This document shows, piece after piece, positions 58,660-64,000 of a DNA stretch of 64,000 nucleotides. The stretch lies in contig CM022665.1 of assembly GCA_012295275.1 (NCBI GenBank), positions 19,840,001-19,904,000 on the forward strand, read 5' to 3'. The notes beneath the pieces were generated by a model. The model saw nothing but the letters and a program-made list of their open reading frames with translations, had not been told where the DNA came from and did not search any database. Numbering within the stretch: the first letter of the stretch is position 1; every line of letters begins with the position of its first letter. A program made the translations under genes and the position numbers. This DNA comes from Chrysomallon squamiferum. Its lineage: Eukaryota; Animalia; Mollusca.

Positions 58660-61600
58660 ATGGGTAAAAGGAAGTCGTCTGCTCCTCAGAAAGTAAGTGA
58701 AGAGAAACGACAGTTCATGACATGGGACATGGCAGACTGCTCATCAGGTTCTCTTTCTGTCATCAAAGATGATGATCCAGAGTTCCTGAGTGAACAACAG
58801 ACATCAGAGACAAACAAAACAACTAAAAATAACCACAACAACTCATCATCAGATCTAAATGATATTTTTTCTCTGTATCTAGAGAATTGTGTGTACTGTA
58901 TCACAGTTCTAAAGAAACTCACAGTGAAGAATGGTGAGTGGTATTGTCAGGTAGGAAGTTTCAAAGTTCAGTTACTCTCAAACCCCAGTCTGGCAGCTCC
59001 ACCCTCAGATAGCTTGCCCCATAGTGATCAGTTCTGGTTGTATGTGGCCAGAGAGGATGGGGTCAGCATGTTGTACTTTGAACTACAGGACAACAACAAG
59101 AAGAAGAAAACTCTAAATAATAAATCTGATAATCACACACTGTCTGTCTTCTGGAGTGTCGACATTCAGCTGCCCTTCTTGTGTTTGGAAGGTCTCCAGT
59201 TCAAATCTTTTCAGGTAAACTCAACTGTTTTTCTCATTTTAAAGAATTTCAGTCTAAAAAATTGTACTTGTTTGATATTCACATTTTAGCTCGGTAACTT
59301 TTTATTTAATAAATTTTTCACAATAGGTTGAATTTTATCATGTATTAAAAGGAGGAAAATACAGTATAAAATTTGTAATAATAAATCAGTGTTTGATATG
59401 TAGGTATATTGTAGTTATATAGGTGTATTATTATACAGGTGTTAAAAAGGTATTTTGTTTTTCTTTGTTAAGTATATGTGTTGTTGTATAAGTGTATTTG
59501 TCATGTAAGTGTATTACTGTTATTAAGTAGGTGTAGTTTTGTTCTTACGAAGTAAATGTTTGTTACAGAGGTAAATTTATTTTTGTTATGTGGGTGTATT
59601 TTTGTTGCTATGGAGGTATGTTTCTGTTATGTAGGTGTATTGTTGTTTTGTAGGTATATTATTGTTAATATGTAGGTATATTATTGTCAATATGTAGGTG
59701 TACTGTTGTTATGTAGGTCTATTTTGTTATGTAGGTTAACAGATATACTACTGTTGTTAAGTAGGAGTATTTTTATTGTTAAGTAGGTGTGTTATTATTC
59801 TGAAGTGAATCACTGTTATTATATCGGTGTATTTTTGTTATTATGTATGTGCATTTTTGTGAATATTTTTATGAAGGAGCAATTTTCTTGTCATGTAGGT
59901 ATATTTTTGTTATGCAGGTTTATTTTTATTATGCAGGTGTCGTTTTTGTTGTTATGTAGGTGTATATTGTTATTAAGTAGGTTTATTTTTGTTGTTATTT
60001 AGGTGGTTAAAGGAGATTACCATGGTGACACACACACTCTGGATCTGACAATTTACATACGTGAGTCTCTCCTCTCACAACCCAAGTTTCCCAGTGAACC
60101 TGTGAGAATAAAGAAATCTAATCTGACTCTACAGCAGCTGATGAAACATTTCTATGGAATATCTGCTCAATTTAGTAAGTAAAGTATCTGCTCAATTTAG
60201 TAAGTTAAATATCTACTCAGTTTATTAACAGAAATATCTTTTCAGTGTATTAAGTGAAATATCTTCTCAATTTAATAGAGAAATATCATCTTAGTGTAGT
60301 AAGTGAAATATCTTCTTAGCGTAGTAATGAAATATCTTCGTATTGTTGTAAGTGAAATATCATCTTAGTGTAGTAAGTGATATATCTTTTCAGTGTAGAA
60401 GTGAAATGTCTTCTTAATTTAGTAAGAGAAATATCTTCTTAATTTAGTAAGAGAAATATCTTCTTAGTGTTGTAAGTGGAACATCCCTTCAGTTTATTTA
60501 GTAAAACTTGTCTTTGTAGTAAGTGAAATATTTGCTCAGTTTAGTAAGTGACATTCAGCCATGATCTCTTAATACATTTAATTATAACATTCCGATTATA
60601 AAGACTCACAAATACAGTCAAATATTTCCATTTTCAGAATGGGTCAATACATTTGTTTTAAACTATGAATGCATAAAATACACTGGTTCTTTATTAAACA
60701 GGATTATGTCTACAGTGATATTTTCAGACAATCAACATTTACAACATTCATATTACTGGACTAAGACATTTTTTTAAATTTTTTTCTTCAGATTATGAAG
60801 GCTTGACTTCAACTAAGAAACATGACATTGAGGCACTTTACAGTCATGTTATGGAAAGACAACTCCAGCATAATATTGATGTCAGTGTTGAAGTCCAGCA
60901 TCCTAATTTGAAACCATTACTGCGACCATATCAGTGTGCCTCAGTTTGCTGGATGTTACATCAGGAAAGATACAAAAGAGACACAGAAGAGAAAAAATCT
61001 GATCGTATATACTTCTATATGTTACTAAAGATGTTTCTTTATTTCAAGTTGTAATATAAATATTGATACTTTAAAATTATTATTAAGAATATATCAATTT
61101 TCCATTCATTATTTAAAGTTGTAATAAAAATAAAAAAGTATTTTACCCTGATATTTAAAATTGTAAGAAAAACTTAGGAATATTTCACATTGATGAATTA
61201 AAGTTATAATTAATAATGCAAAAATTTTACATTGATAATTTAAAATTTGTAATAAAAATGTAAAACAGCATTTTACATTGATAATTTAAAGTTTGTAATA
61301 AAAATAAACAGTATTACATTGATAATTTAAAGTTATAATTAATAATGCAAAATTTTTACATTGATAATTTAAAATTTGTAATAAAAATGTAAAACAGTAT
61401 TTTACATTGATAATTTAAAGCTGTAATATCTAACATTGATGTTTTAAATTTTCCTACATATAGCACAATGGAAACTATTTACATATAGATTTTGTGTATC
61501 TTATCATAAAATATCAAACTGTTGTAAAGAATGGATATTTTATTTTCAAATTTATATATGAAATTGATCATAAAAATCCCTTGATAAAGAGTTTTGTTTT

Positions 61601-64000
61601 AAAATAATAAAAAGCAATGTTTAAACTGTGTTATACTCATAGATAATGATTATTTACATGTATGTGAAAGTGCATATTTGTAAGTTTGTGTTTGCATTTG
61701 TGTATATCTCTGTGTCAGTACGTCTATGCGTAATGTGTGTATTTGAGAGTGTATTGTTTTGTGTGTATCTGTGTATGCATAATTGCAGGTGTACATATAA
61801 TGTGTGTGTTTCTATATATGTTTAATTATTTTGATTATTTTGTATTACAGGTTTACATCCACTATATGAAGAAGTGACAATGAAAGATGGTAGAACATTG
61901 TATTACAATAAACACTGCGGAATGTAAGTTTATTTACAAACTAATTCTTTGTGTAAAATTATCCAATAATGTTTTGTATTTCATTACAATAATGTCTGTT
62001 GAATCTTTTGTATAGAGACAACACTGGACATGCTGTTAATCTTCATTTGTATGACTTAAATATGGCAATACTAAGTTTTAAAGATGAAATATGTACATTT
62101 AGTTTGTAGAAACTGTCACATAATGATAATGATGATAATAATAATAATAATTGTAAAACTCTTATATGTAAGCATATATATGTATATGTGTGTATGTGTA
62201 TATGTGTTTATATGTATGTATGTATGTGTGTGTGTGTGTGTATATATATATACACACACATATATATATATTTACACAGACATACAAACACACACACACA
62301 TACACATTATTTTACTAAACAGTTTGGTTGCTACGAGACCAGTGATCACAGAGTGGCCACCAGGGGGCATCCTGGCTGATGAAATGGGGCTGGGTAAAAC
62401 GGTGGAGGTGTTGTGTTGTATCATGTTACACCCACGAAAATACATCCCTCTCCCAGAATGTCTGCCCACACTGCAAGACGAAGAGGTATACTTTGATCTT
62501 ATTAATACTTTACTTTATTATTATTATTATTAATACTTATCATTATTATTACTTTATTTATTTTTCTTCTTCTTCTTCTTCTTCTTATTACCTTATTTGT
62601 TATTACTACTTAATTTTTTAATTATCTCAGACTTTAATTGTAATTATTATTACTTAACTTTTCATTTATTTATGATAATGTTAATGATCATTATTAATTA
62701 AATTTTTATTTATAGCATTTATTCTAGCATATCTTATTGTCAGTATTTGTTTTTATTTAATAAATATTTAAATTTTTTCATTTATTCTTTGGCATTATTA
62801 TCATCATCATCATTGTCACTGTCATCATCATTATCATTCTTTGTTGTCTTCTTAGTATTATCAACATTATTAGTAGTAGTAATACTTCGTACAATTTCTA
62901 TCTGTTATGTTATTAAATTTAAATAACAAATTTTTAAACTATTTTTATTTTGTTTGTAGAAGTTTGATCGTGAAGAGGAAGAAGAGAAAGATGATAACTG
63001 TGATGATCAGTCTAACACTTGTATTCATCCATCTGATATTAGTGATCATCTCGCTGACAATGGTGATTATCCATCTGACAGTTGTGATGGAAGCAGACAT
63101 CAGACAATATTAGATACTGATAACATAGATGATACATTAAAAATTACTTTATCTGATGTTCAGATGGGATCAAACACAGACAGATGCACAAATGATACCA
63201 TACCAGACAAAGACAGATATACAAAAGATACTATTTCAGACACAGACAGTTACATAAAAGATACCAAATCAGACAAACATACAGATGGATGTGTGGACAC
63301 TATAATGAAGGATGAAAGAGAAAACACCTGTGTTGAAGCAGAGATACAAAAGATTTTTGTAGAAATAAGACAGGAAGACTGTATGAGTAATGAAGAACCT
63401 ATTCAGATTATTATAATAGAGGAAGACTGTGATACTCAGACATTCAAAGATGGACAGAAGTTAGCAGAAGAGTCAGGTGTAGATAAAACTGAGTTTTATC
63501 AAGATACTGACACTGTTACAGAAATCTCAATTCTAGATAAAACTGAGTTAACAGCTGTGTATGAAGTTACTGAAATTGATAGACAGGAGTCCAATGTCCA
63601 GATTGTTATTATAGAAGAGGTAGAAGAACAAACAGAAGAATCTGCTGTTATTGAGGAGTGGAAGTCAGAGAACTCTGATATTACAGCTACAGGGAGAGAG
63701 GAAACTGATAGAGGTATTGATACTGAACAAGGAAATTCTTTAACATCAGCAGCAGAGCAAACCAATCATGTTCAGTTAGTAGATGGAAGTGGAAAGAGTA
63801 CACATGTATCAGCTAAAATAACTAAAAATTCAGTTGTAGCAGACAGCTGTTTTTCAGTAAACAAACCTGTATGTGGTGGTTATACAGTTACCAGCCAGAA
63901 TCATTTAGAATGTTCTTTCCATATCACAGGAAATAGTGAGACAGCTGTTAGTTCACACAATGAAACAAGAAACTCAAGTGACTTTCTTAATAACTCATAC
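58660..64000 (+). CDS. SHPRH: SNF2 histone-linker PHD RING helicase / E3 ubiquitin ligase SHPRH, 5' part (runs off the window)
   Basis: Exons 58660-59214, 60003-60174, 60792-61004, 61851-61923, 62323-62485, 62960->64000, all phase-consistent. Motifs: MGKRKSSAPQKV N-terminus, VQHPNLKPLLRPYQCASVCWML (Q motif), LYYNKHCG, PGGILADEMGLGKTVEVLCCIMLHPR (Walker A). Confidence 0.9.
60160..60550 (+). repeat. ~28-bp tandem repeat whose first unit is the SHPRH exon-end/GT donor (ATCTGCTCAATTTA|GTAAGT)
   Basis: AAATATCTTCTTAGTGTAGTAAGTG-like units continue from the splice donor at 60174/60175. Confidence 0.8.

Noticed and set aside
63499-63765. Minus-strand 88-aa ORF
   Set aside because: Antisense to the long acidic SHPRH exon.

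Overview
AT-rich, microsatellite-rich, intron-containing animal genomic DNA. It looks like an invertebrate, possibly a mollusc or other lophotrochozoan; this is inference, and the species cannot be fixed from the sequence. Six spliced genes were reconstructed by hand with phase-consistent junctions: a secreted phospholipase A2 with a long repetitive acidic tail (+), a ZDHHC14/9/18-type palmitoyltransferase (-), TMEM242 (+, head-to-head with the ZDHHC gene), RPGR (-, 19 exons, ends in CAAX CTIL), akirin (-) and the 5' part of SHPRH (+). The most striking feature lies in the ZDHHC gene. An AT-AC minor-spliceosome donor is followed by two paralogous copies of the TM4/TTxE exon, each with its own U12 branch point, AC acceptor and major-class GT donor. 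This is a candidate mutually exclusive exon switch enforced by U12/U2 incompatibility. One copy carries a 2-nt deletion and has donor-masking inverted repeats plus YCAY/UGCAUG elements. MITEs, minisatellites and degenerate tandem duplications anchored at splice sites were also seen. No prokaryotic features, RNA genes or CRISPR arrays were found.
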